From contig CM052820.1 of NCBI GenBank assembly GCA_028534125.1, positions 54,436,001-54,500,000 of the forward strand: 64,000 nt of DNA, in the 5' to 3' direction. Below the pieces are notes generated by a model. That model was not told the origin of the DNA, ran no database searches, and was given only the letters and a program-made list of their open reading frames with translations. Made by a program: the position numbers and the translations under genes. Shown here piece by piece: positions 12,031 to 23,453 of this stretch (positions within the stretch are counted from its first letter, which is position 1; each line of letters begins with the position of its first letter). The DNA is from Lama glama. Lineage: Eukaryota.

Positions 12031-13359
12031 TAGCTGCCTTGGTAATTACATAGATACACTGTTTTTATCTATTTAATGTACATTTAATAGTCTTTTGTGT
12101 TTATTTTGTATTAGGCTCTAGGTGTACAGGTGCAAAAGACATGAGTCTTGATCTCAAAGGACTAGAGTAAAGAGAAGAGGAATCTAGTCATTTTAATCCA
12201 GTTTATAAGGATTTTCCAGCTGAGGGGTGACACAGGGCATTGGAGACTGTGTAGAAGGGGCTCCTAGAGGTGGGGCTGGTCATGGGTGAGGGGGGTAGAC
12301 TTTCACATCTAAGCTTAAATCTAAAGATGGAGTGGCAGCTAGAGGAACAGGGGGAGGCAGAAGGAATTCCACACTGAGCAACAGTAGTTTCAAAGGCCTG
12401 AGATGGGACACAGCATGATGATTTTACTGGCCTGCAATTTATCTAGATTGGCTGAACTTGTGTGGGATCCCTTCCTGTCTTGGTCCATAAGCAAAGAACA
12501 AAAAGGTAATAAGCAGGTTTTTACAAAGTAGCTCCTTCATTCCCCTGCCTCGGCCATCTTACAGGTGATAAGTAATGACTTCACTCATAATTCAATTTAA
12601 TGATTTTTATGTTTATCCCATATATGTGTGCATTTATTTATACTGCATTGGAAGTATTTCAAGGGATGTGTATATGTGTGTGTACATGTGTGTGTGCTTG
12701 CTCTGCTCTAATGGTGATACTTAGATGAGACTTAGTTCTTGAGCCACTGTTAAACTTATCCAGACTTACTCTACAAATGAAAGGACTATAGCTTTTCTTC
12801 AATAGAACTGAAACATTTTACTTTTGCAAATCTGTCCCATATGTATCAATAAATTTGAGTAAACAGTTCCCAAACCTCAACAGAGTAAAACCTTTGTCCA
12901 TCTAAATGCACTTGAGGGATGAACACCTTACACAGGACTGTTAGAATCAGTGCAGTGATTCTCAGATTGCCCTGGGTCAGGTACCGGGAGGGGGTGCGGG
13001 GTGGGGGCTGTCAAACCAGCGTTCAATCTTTTTTTTTTTTCCGCTGTATCATGTAGTGGATGTATTCCAGTACAAATTCCAATGAGATTAACTTTTTGGT
13101 GAATTAAGTGCTAGAAAAAACCTAATTCAATGCAAAATGATCGTGGAGAGGGAAACAATATAAAAAATGTGGATTGACTAAAATGTTAAAAACAAAACAA
13201 AACCCCGCAAAAATAAAAACACTTCCTTTCAATGGTTGAAAGGCATTCTTGGTAATAAAATCTACTGGTTACTACAAAGTTATTAACACATGTAAAAATT
13301 ATAGCAGAAATAAGTGTGAAGAAAAGAATTTCACAAACATGGATTACTGCCTATTAAAA

Positions 13360-13600
13360 TGATAATGATGTTAAGAATGACCCAAGTTATCATATACTGA
13401 AAACCAGGTAGTGAACTAAATACTTTACATTGATTATCTCACCTAATTTCACAACAAACAATCTTAGGAAGTTATTTTTTTTTTAATAGTTGAGAAAATT
13501 GAAGCCTTGAGGAGATAATTTGCCAAAGTCTAGCTATATAGATAATTAGTGACTGTACTGAGAATCAAACTCGGGTCTATTTGACCCCAAAGCTTGAGCC
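13360..13600 (-). mobile_element. MIR SINE (diverged)
   Basis: attatctcacctaatttcacaacaa...gagaaaattgaagcctt...tttgccaaagtc...gaatcaaactcgggtctatttgaccccaaagc. Confidence 0.65.
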
Positions 13601-13768
13601 AGGCTCACAAGACCAGTTTGGAGTGAAAATTCTTAGAGGAATAGAAAACCTGTATTGAAGGAAAGAAAAAGATATGGTTGCAGCTATGCTCCAAGAACTG
13701 ATCTCAGCACTGAGGGGCAGGAGGCAAGACAGCAGACAAGCTTCCTTAGATTAATCTCTCAGAAATTT

Positions 13769-13788
13769 TATATATATATATATATATA
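13769..13788. repeat. (TA)n microsatellite
   Basis: Seen directly. Confidence 0.9.
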
Positions 13789-14079
13789 TTTCATACAGAG
13801 AACAAGCTTAGAAAAGAAAACAGGAAGCCAGTTGAAGATAAGACTTTCTCACCAGTTAGCATTTCCTTTGAGTATCTATCTTGTGGGCCTGCGGAGGTGG
13901 CCTTTCTAATAGATATGCCAGCAGAAGAAGGTGGCCCAAGTGATAGCTGCTGCTGTTGAACTAATGTGTTGCTCTTGATTTTCTCAGCTGGCTTTTAATT
14001 CACTTTCTCTGGCCTGCATTTAATCAGCATAGCTTACTAGCTATCTAATTTTGTAGTAATATATTTGTTCTGGTGATTG

Positions 14080-14420
14080 GATTTATGTATATCTCCCCCA
14101 TTATAATGTGAATACACTGAGAACAGAGACCACATCTGTCCTGCTCACCACTGTATCTCCAGCACCTTGTTAAACTGCAGCCTCCCAGTAATTGATTAAT
14201 AAGTACTTTTTAAACAAATGAATGAATATCCTTAATCATTATGCTATAATGCCAGCAGCTATGCTAGGGATCAGGGTTTACTGGTATGACAGTTCTGCCA
14301 TGTAAGGAGCTTACAGTCTGCTGGGGAGATGATCATGTAATAAATATGACATATGTGGTAAGTGCAACAAAATACATGTGCAAGTACAGAAGCAGCAGGG
14401 AGGAGGAAATAACTGACAGA
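14080..14420. mobile_element. L2 3'-end fragments, plus copy (~14080-14228) followed by minus copy
   Basis: agagaccacatctgtcctgctcaccactgtatctccagcacc...aaatgaatgaat, then ttctgccatgtaaggagcttacagtctgctggggag. Confidence 0.7.
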
Positions 14421-14579
14421 CAAAATCTGAGCTAGACACAAGGACACAAAGCAAACTATTTATTAATTCTGATTCCATAGTCTCTATCAAAGAGAAGAGC
14501 CTTTAAACCAGAAATGGGAGAACAGATATGTTAACAAGGAGTTCATGTAAAAAAAAGAGGTGGGAGACAGTGAAAGAGC

Positions 14580-16150
14580 TGTTTCGTGTACGAATCCCCA
14601 GGCCTAGATGATGCAAAAGCTTAAAGTCATGATTGCTCAGTCTAACATCTGTGAAGTCATGGGGAAAGGAATTAAAAGATAACCAAAATGGGAGTGAACT
14701 GTTTTAAAAAAGTGCTGATTCTAGATAAAATTCCAGAAGAGATGATTTAAACAGACAGTTTCTGAACATGTGAAAACTGGGAGCAATGACTATCAGACTA
14801 TTACTTGGGCTCACTAGGGAGAGAATGTCCATTTGTCAAGTTGAAGTCCATGCAGAATCTTAACATATAAAACAAAAGCAAGAGTCAGGTACACAGACCC
14901 CATGGAACACAACTGGAAAACCAGAGATCTAGTCCTGAGATTCCCTAGCAACATTTCTTATGTTGTACACATGGAAGGATGGAATATGAGCTGATTAATA
15001 AGGGTATGGTTGAATGCATGGATTTTTAGTTAGCTGAAATGTTGAAAGAGCAGTGATGCTCTTTTTGCACCACCAATGTGGAATGTGGCTCACATACATC
15101 CCAGCAGCAGCAGTGGCCTGCCCTAGCAAGGAGTCTCCACGGGGGTAATGGGGGGTGGTGACACGGGAGGCTCCCTCTTTTCCTCTTGAGGGTCACTACT
15201 CTGAGAGGGTACTTGGTCCAGTCTTGTTAAATATAGTTTTTAAATCATATCTCAGATGAATGCTTAAAAGGCAGGCGTATCCCATTATCAGACAACAAGT
15301 TCGAGTTCATTCAAATAAAAAACAAAACTTTATTGCTTGCCCTCTGCACCCCAGGTCTAGCATGAAAGAGGATTCTCGCCCAGGAGACGTTAAAAAGTTT
15401 TAATTTACATGATGATGCAGACCTGATTTACTTGGGTTTTGTGTGTTGGCTTGCTTGCTTTTTGTTGTTTTATTTACTGCCAGTGTAATTGGAACAAACA
15501 AATTGACCAAGGTCAAAAAAGCTATTGTACCTTCAGCGTACACCCATGGATAGAGTATCCATAACTTGGGAGGGGGTAATGTAACATTTTCCTATACATT
15601 GAACAAATCCCATCTGGAGTACAATGTGTGTATTTTGAGGTAGATATTAATAAACAGCATTATATCCAGAATAAGGAAACCAGGGCTAGACAGTTTCTGA
15701 AAACCATGCCCTGAGGGATTAGTGAAAACAACTAGGGACATTTAATCCTATAGAGAGCAGAGACACACGGGGCCCATGTGAACTATTGCCAACTATTTAC
15801 ATGCCTATCAACACTGCTTTCAAACATCTGGGGTTTGGAGAGCAGAGACAAGATTTATTCTATGTGCCTAGAGCCCAGAATTAGGGTCAAAAGGTGTAAT
15901 TAGATGATAGAAGGTTGATCAATGTAAAGAAGAGTTTTCTAACAACTAAGCTGCATAAATGGAATGGGCTTTCTCAAAAAGCAGTGTGCTTTCGGTTGCC
16001 AGAGATATGCAAGAAGAGGCTGAATAGACAAATCTGTATTTGTATATCCAAATACCCACAGGATATGTGTTTGAGGAAAGGAATTCCTGGTGTCATGGTA
16101 TGAGCCAGGTGGATCACCGGGTCACTGAGGTCTCTGGCAAACCAAAGTAA
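14580..16150 (+). mobile_element. L3/CR1 LINE remnant (3' part, fragmented)
   Basis: CR1-like segments cccatctggagtacaatgtg, ctgaaaaccatgccctgaggga, aagaagagttttctaacaactaagctg...aaatggaatgggct...aagaagaggctgaa. Confidence 0.65.
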
Positions 16151-16476
16151 AACATTCATATCATTTTGATATTCAATCAAATCTTACAGTATAATTCTTC
16201 GATTCATTAGTTGTTAATTGCAGGTGGCAAATTGGAACTGGATTAAGTATGCCCTTGAAGAACCAGAAACGTTTGGCTGTTTTGCCAGCTGATAAGAATT
16301 TCAACCACCTGAATTTACAGTAAGAGTCCCTGGTTTACATATCACCACAAAAAGTCACCAGAAAAGATGGTAATATCAACATATAAGACATAAATTTTTC
16401 AAACATTCCTTTATCCTCCTTTCTGGTTTAGACAAATATTGCCTCTTCTAGCAGCAGCTAATATGCTAAATGAATC

Positions 16477-16710
16477 CAAGAGTGTGCTGGTAAATATTTA
16501 ACTGGGTCTCTGAAAAAAACAAGGTGGGGGGAATTTTTAATTTGTTGGCTAGTTTGTTGTGTTTGTCTAATTGTATTGTGTGTGTTTTGTGCTTGTCAAG
16601 TCTTGCGGTGTGAGCACTCCCATCACAGGTGATTTCGAGCTACCCCGGAAGAGATGAGCACAATGCACTATAGTGAGGAGTTTTTACAAGCTGGCTCCAG
16701 CACACGTTTG
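16477..16710. mobile_element. MER63A-like hAT-Blackjack MITE
   Basis: TIRs gtgtgctgg / ccagcacac. Internal ggtgtgagcactcccatcacaggtgatttcgagctacc...ggaagagatg. Confidence 0.75.
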
Positions 16711-18166
16711 AATCAGAAGAATCAGTTCGATGGATTTCTCCTGAACTAGGAGAAACTCTCAGCAACTCTTTCTTTATGCGGAAAGAGAACAACCAACTGT
16801 TACTCAGGGAATACATGACCGAGAAGTTGAGAAAAGTGTATAACCCTGGAAAGCCTCCGGAAATGGTAGCAGAGTAGAAAGCATCTAGATCTTAGAAAGG
16901 AGAGGAAGAATAATGAAAGTTGAAAAAAACACTGAGAAAGGGAGTCCAGTCAGAGCTGCAAAAGCCAAGTTAGATTTCCTACAACAAGGGGTAGAATCCA
17001 GTAGGATATAACCCCAGCGGCAATCTGAATGCCAAGGTTCTTTTGAAACATATAAATAGCTGCCTAATGCATTTTACAGATACATGTGAGATGCGAATAA
17101 AGGCTAATGTAATTATTTCAACAATGTGATGCAGAAGATGAAATCTAAGCACTTAATTTGGAAAAAAGTATAGTATTAAGATGACTGCATTGATTACTGT
17201 GAAGAGTATGACACATCTGAATGGGCTTGACAGGGAAAAAGAACTGTGCTCTGTAATTTAGAAATCTGAAGCTGGTTATTTCTTCTAGAAACATGCACTT
17301 TATTCAATAAGCTTTCTCTATTAATTGTTTTTAGACCGTGTTTGGAACACCAACACCACCAACAATAAAGACACTTGAACTCCCCTCCACCCGGATAAGA
17401 TTGGGTTTGTTCTACAAACCTAATTGTCTGTATTTTTTCTTAATCTATCAACTCATAATTTGATTAAGATGATTCACTAAATAAGAAGACATTTTACAAT
17501 GAAAAACTACATTTCTATTTTATTTTTCTAAAATATTTATTATAAAGAAATTTCAAGATGCTATGTCTGTGTTCTTTTTACTAATCTTTCACTATTAAGG
17601 CCCCACTGAAGGAGGTGTCAGTGTATAAATGGGTTCACCGCTTGGATCCTACAGACAGAGTCACCCTGGGAAGCCACACAGGTACAGTGGAAAGAGAAGC
17701 TTCTCCTAACAGATCCAAGGCTGTTGGTTCTCAAATAAGTAGGAAGGAAACCACCCAGTTCCACGTCCAATGAGTTTCCCGGGGTGTTTTATCCAGACTC
17801 CATAGTGAGGGCTTTGGATAGTGTTTCATCAGATGCTGCTTCTCTTTCCTTACTCAGTAGGAAGTTCACTGTCACTCAGAGGACCACCTCCAGGTAAAAC
17901 CAATGTGGAAAGTTTGTCTTTAACAATCCTCCTCTCCTGCCAGTGACCCTCTCCTGCTGCCCCAGCCAAAGAATGGAATCAATTTAGTCACGGTTTGCTG
18001 CTTATCCTGGAGGAATATTTCAAAACAAATAACGTATTAAAAGTGAAATTTCAAGTATCAGAGTGAAATTTTGGGATAGATAATGCTTTTGAATAGCTAA
18101 CTTTAGATTTTGGATGGCTAAACCTTATACAAGTATAGTCAATGATATTTTAAAAATCATAAAAGT

Positions 18167-18240
18167 GTTATGCTGTACACCAGAAACTGACACACTGTAA
18201 CTGACTATTCTTCAAAAAAAAAAAAAAGTCATGTCCCTTA
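18167..18240 (+). mobile_element. Extremely 5'-truncated L1 3' terminus (~47 nt plus A14) with TSD
   Basis: atgctgtacaccagaaactgacacactgtaactgactattcttc(A)14 matches the L1 end at 45940-46000. TSD aaaaatcataaaagt (18152-18166) / aaaaatcataacagt (18241-18255). Confidence 0.8.
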
Positions 18241-19789
18241 AAAAATCATAACAGTTGATAGCCTAGAAGAGTCACAATTAAAATATACAAGTTTTCCTCC
18301 ATTAATTCCCCTCAGATTTTTTACCCAACAGGTCCACACTGTTGTGGTCTTTTATTAGTTTTATGTGACACGTGTTTCTGAGTTTCAGAGTACTTTCAGT
18401 ACAGTGTGGCTTAGATCAGTTCACCTTAAAAAGCCCATTATCTTTTTGCTTGATATTCATTTGGAAGGAGTGATGATATCCAAATGCCTTTCATTTATAT
18501 CTTCACCAAAAGGGAAAGCTGCACGTTTTCAGTTATCAATGACACACCAAGACATGACACCCACTCAGATGACTGCCACTCCAGCATCTACCACTAAGTA
18601 CAATGGAAAAAGTGAATTAATAGTAGAAGCCTCTTTTTGCTTCTTCTTTAGCTTGTTAAAAAAATACAAGGGAGAAGTAACTGACTCCAAATTACAGTAC
18701 CAGAATATATCACTGCCTGACATGGAGGAAGGTTCCAGGAGGTATATACCCCCACGCCCCAACAGTCATCACATGTACAATGTGCTTTAAAGTTCACCAC
18801 AATAAATCTTTTGGTTCTCAGATAGAATTACAGTTTCCCAGCTGTTAACAACCATTGCACACAGTACCAAACCCCAGAAAGGGACGACTCCCTGTAGGTA
18901 CAGAGATTGTCTTTCTCAACACCTATAGGGGATAATCAATTAATTTTAGAATAGGAAGTTAACAAGATAATAAAACCACTTTTCTGTTGAGTGAGCCAGT
19001 TATTTAGAACCATGTGCTTCTTTAACTTCGGTTGTACACATGGTCTCATCATTTACCTATCCCACTGGGTTTTTGTAAGAATTAAATTAAATAATGTTTA
19101 TAAAATGTCTGGCAAATAAAAATCACTTGATGAATGCCATTAACTATTGCCATCAGTGTTGTTCTGCCAATATCTGAGTTTGAGAATGACTTCACTTTTT
19201 GGATGGGGGTAGAGTTGGTTTGCAGTGGGTCAGAAAGGCAGAAGGTGCATTTCAGAAGTAAATCTGAGAATTATTATTAAATTAAGCTACCTGCAAAGCA
19301 ATCATGAAAAACAACAATAATAGTGGCTTGCTACCAACAAATCTTAAGGGACTTTCAATGAAATCTGTCAAAAATACCACCAAAGGAAATCTGAGACATG
19401 CTCCAGGCTAGGTGGTGTCCAGCTTAGTTTCAGCAACTGCCTTGATGTGAAAATGGAAACAAAGCACATACATAAATTGCAAAACACATAAAAACAAGCT
19501 GTTTGAAACACACATCATACCTCTGCCAACCGACTTTTTACTGGACCCTAAAGATACAGGTAACACAGGTGTGCTTATGGTGCTTCTGCTATTTAACCAG
19601 TGACCCTTTATGTTAAATACCCTCGATTACCTAAGAAAGATTTCCTTTGTCATTAGATAATGATAGGAGAGTATTTTCTATCTATTGACAGGCGGATGGA
19701 TCAAGGCAAATACAAAGGGTCTCTCTGGTTGATGAAAAGATTTTCTAAGCCAGGCTTCTCTCCACTTAATCTCTAAGGTGACACAACAA

Positions 19790-20805
19790 AGGTACCTCCA
19801 CCTGGATACCTCCCCGACATCTCTTCAATAACTCAAAAGCCTCTCAAAATCAGCATGTCTAAAAATGATCTCATCACCTCCCCCTCCCCCACCAGCCTGA
19901 ACCCACTTCTATTCCTGGATTCCTTGTCACAACCTCATCATAGAGAAAGGTACTATCACCCACAACCTGTTCAGTTTTGCAAGCCAGAAATTTAGGAGTC
20001 ATTCTTGACAGTCCCCTACTTCTCCTTCCAAATCTAACCCACCATCAAGGACTGTTGATTTCATATCCTAAATTACTCCTTCTGTCCATCTCTTCATCTC
20101 CCCTACCATCAGTCTAATCTAACCCACTATCATCTCTCTCCTGGACTATTGTAATAGCCTCTTAAGTGGTCCGACTCCATATGCTCCCTCAACATGGCTG
20201 CCCCTACCCCGAAATTGTTCTCACACCATAGCATGAATCAGATCATATTATCCTGCCACCCTGAGCCCCGTACTTAAAACTCCTGGATGACTTCTGATAG
20301 TGTTAGGATGAAGAGGGAAAAAACGTACAAAACAAAAATGCCTTAACAGGATCTACAAAGCCCGCACCGCCCCACCCCCCGGGCCATTCTACTCTTTTCT
20401 TCTCTGCTCCCGCCACACAAGCCTTTGTGCGCTCACAAGCTGCCCACAAAGCAGCTCCAGCTCCCCCTGCTGCCTAAACCACTCTTGCCAAACTTTCCTG
20501 CTGAGTCATCTGTTCAGACTTCATTTCAATTGTCACTTCCTTGAGGAAACATTCCTTGACCTCCAGACCACATCGATTCTCTGTTACATACTTTCATAGT
20601 ACCTTGCAACTGTCCTTCATAACATTTAATGAAGCTGCGATTTTGTCTACATGATTAATATTTTTGTTTCCTATTGATTATGTTAAGTTCCAGGAGAAAA
20701 GGGACCACATCTATTTTTCATACCAGTTAGCCCCTGCCTAAGCACAGTGTCTATGATTTAGCAATACTCAGTGATAAATATTTATCAAATAAATAAATAA
20801 ATGAT
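19790..20805 (+). mobile_element. L2 LINE 3' portion
   Basis: aatcagcatgtctaaaaatgatctcatc...catctctctcctggactattgtaatagcctcttaagtggtcc...cctaagcacagtgtct...aaatatttatcaaataaataaataaatga. Confidence 0.8.
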
Positions 20806-20998
20806 GTCACGTTAAGTTTCCCACACTGCTTTCAGTGAAGAGACTATACCGATTTCACTTTTAAAAGCCACCACAGACAGTCTGTTGTGGAAAACGCCTA
20901 GTTTCATCTGTGGATTTAAGTATGAAAATGGCGAATTCAACCAAATCGAGGTAAAGATAGGGGATTTGGCAAAAAGTGAGTTTCTAATTTTTTTATAC

Positions 20999-21258
20999 CT
21001 TTAGTTTTAAAGAATTCAGTTTTTCTTCCCTGAGGTGTTCTCTCAACATCTCCCGGTGGAGCCTCTCCTGCTCTCTGGCAAACTCGCCCAGGGTGTACTG
21101 GCGCACGCTGTTGTGGCGGCTGGACATGCCCAGGGTGCTGCCGCCCTGACTGGGCACGCTCGTGAAGCCCTGCCTCCTGGTGAAGTAGTACACGGTGACA
21201 CAGCTGAAGTGCACATTCTTCGTCCTCAGACGCTTCTCCCTTTTGAGGATGGAGGAAG
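20999..21258 (-). CDS. CSRNP3: CSRNP3 internal coding exon (260 nt; SSILKREKRLRTKNVHF...VYYFTRRQGFTSVPSQGGSTLGM...SLKLK)
   Basis: Acceptor gctttctctttcag|CT (AG at 21260-21259, phase 1), donor AAG|gtataa (GT at 20998-20997, phase 0). Carries the conserved CSRNP motif YYFxRRQGFTSVPSQGGSTLGM and a basic NLS-like segment. Confidence 0.97.
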
Positions 21259-22112
21259 CTGAAAGAGAAAGCGACAATTCAATGAGCCAAGGCAGCAGTT
21301 TTGAGATGAAGCAAAGAATTAGAAAATGCCACTCGACGACCTTGAATCTACGGTCGATCTTTCTGGCTGGGAGACACTAAAAATGTTATCAGAGTTGGCA
21401 CAGATCTTTATTTCCTGTCTTAAATTTTCTTCTAGCTGTGATCGAGTACACTTTTAAGTCCTTCTCTAATGGCAGTCTGGGCAAACTTTTAGAAGAGTTG
21501 CCAATAGTCTGTAAATCAGTGGCAGAATTTAATTTCTCATTTCTCCTAACCTTTTAAGTTTTGGTTTTATGGTTTTCACATGAGTCATATCATACTATAA
21601 TCAGAAAAGACATACTACAAACCCTCATACTTTGGCTCTTATTATGATAGGGAAGGCACTTGGCATGAAAAAAAAAGCCTATTTTTGAATTTCAGAAAAG
21701 TCCAAAAAGCAATAAAAATTCACACAAAGGCGCAATGACACTTTTTAGATATTTTTTATAATCTAAATCTAATCAAGCTTTCATTTGTTGAAAACTCCAA
21801 TTAATAGCATTATGGACAGTGGAATTTTAATCCAAGCATATGTTGAGAAAATTGAAAATGTCATGAGATACATCAGAACCTTTATTATTGGTTACAAGGA
21901 CATTGAGATGCACAGTGCACCACAGAAGGTTGAGATACACACTGTAGCTGAGAGACAGAGAGTGACACATTATAATCGTAACCTTTTGGAGCTGGAAGAC
22001 ATATAGACATCATCTAGCCCAGTCTTTTTATTTTATAGTAAAGTAACTCAGTCTTGCAGAATTTGAGTGATTTCTTTCAATGAAACAGACAGAATCATTG
22101 AACTCCTTGGAC

Positions 22113-22116
<4 letters not shown>

Positions 22117-22146
<30 letters not shown>
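22117..22146. repeat. (AT)15 microsatellite
   Basis: Seen directly. Confidence 0.95.
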
Positions 22147-22149
<3 letters not shown>

Positions 22150-22340
22150 TAACATTTACGAACTATGAAAAGAACTTTACATGAATTATCTCATTTTATC
22201 CTTACAACTTCTTGTGTTGAAATTACCTATGTCTCCATTTTGAGGAAACCAATTCACCAAAGTTTAAATAACATGGCCAAGGTCATATAACTGGTGGTGA
22301 AACTGGGATTCTTTATTCAAGAGCCCAGTCTTTAACCATC
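22150..22340 (-). mobile_element. MIR SINE
   Basis: actttacatgaattatctcattttatccttacaac...ctccattttgaggaaacc...aaataacatggccaaggtcatataactgg. Confidence 0.75.
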
Positions 22341-23357
22341 ATGTCCCAGTAGAGAGCTGAGCTCACGCTAAGGGAGCTGAACAAGGCAGAGATTTGGTGT
22401 CACACTGCCTCAGGCAGATGTGAACTGCTGCAGACTCCCAAGATGGTTTTTATCTGGAAAGAAAAGTGACCATAGTATCAGTTTGGATTTATATAAGAAT
22501 ATTCTTCCAAGGGAGTTCACATTCATTTGTCTCATTTTCCCCCATAAAACATTCAAGCCAAATACAGAGAGGCTGCTATGATACAACTCATTTCGTGGGT
22601 TTATTTATTCAATAAATATAAACCAAGGACCTATTGTATGCCAGATATTTTCTAAATGACTGGATATATTGGCGAAAAAAACCCAGATGGTGATCCCTGC
22701 CCGCATGGAACTTTCATTTCCAGTGATGAGAAACTCAGACAATAAACAGACTCAAAAGATTATAGAGCAAGAGAAGTGTGACATTTGGGCAAGAATTTAG
22801 CCCTCCCTACTTTCCTTCCTCTCTACTGTCTTACTTCTCCAGAAGAGACTGCCAGCAAGCGAACGCTTTCAAACGTATGTGTAGTTTTCCCATTTATTTA
22901 TGTATACACTCACGGCAACATACTTGTACACCTGGCAGCAGAGACAACTTTCAACTTAGATTTAAAAGCGCTGATCTGCTTCATAACTGTATGTTTACAT
23001 CATCTCAAAACAGAGAAGAATTTGTCAAAATGTAAAAGATCACCATAGAAAGCAAAATTCAACAGTCTGCCCAGCAATCTGCTCTTGTATCTGACCTCAT
23101 CCGTCACCACCTTACAGCAGGCTAGAGCCTCTGGTTTTGGGGTGATAACATCCAACCTTTTTCACTATTGACATCACAAAAATTATGCCCTGAAGACATT
23201 ATCTTTCAAGGCCACAATTTACAAATACAGTTAAAATATTTTAATATACTCATTTAAGATTATTATTATAAACAGCTCTGACAATTGTATTATTTATTTT
23301 TTAGACAATTCTTAGTACTTTAGACACATTTCCTTTTTAAAAACTTATTTAGGTTTT

Positions 23358-23453
23358 TTTGTTTGTTTGTTTTAAATGGAGGTACTGGGGATTGAACCCA
23401 CAACCTCGCGCCATGCTAAGTATGCGCTCTACTTCTTAGCTATACCCACCCCC
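23358..23453 (-). mobile_element. Vic-1-type (camelid) tRNA-derived SINE with perfect 11-bp TSD
   Basis: Minus strand reads GGGGGTGGGTATAGCTAAGAAGTAGAGCGCATACTTAGCATGG...GGGTTCAATCCCCAGTACCTCC plus an A-rich tail, with A/B-box-like motifs. TSD atttaggtttt at 23347-23357 and 23454-23464. Confidence 0.85.

Noticed and set aside
20993-21277. Track ORF start 'MSLSLSA' taken as the CSRNP3 N-terminus
   Set aside because: These codons are the polypyrimidine tract and acceptor. The exon begins at 21258.
23358-23453. tRNA gene (A/B boxes present; likewise 50393-50475)
   Set aside because: The A-rich tail, TSD and broken cloverleaf indicate a tRNA-derived SINE.
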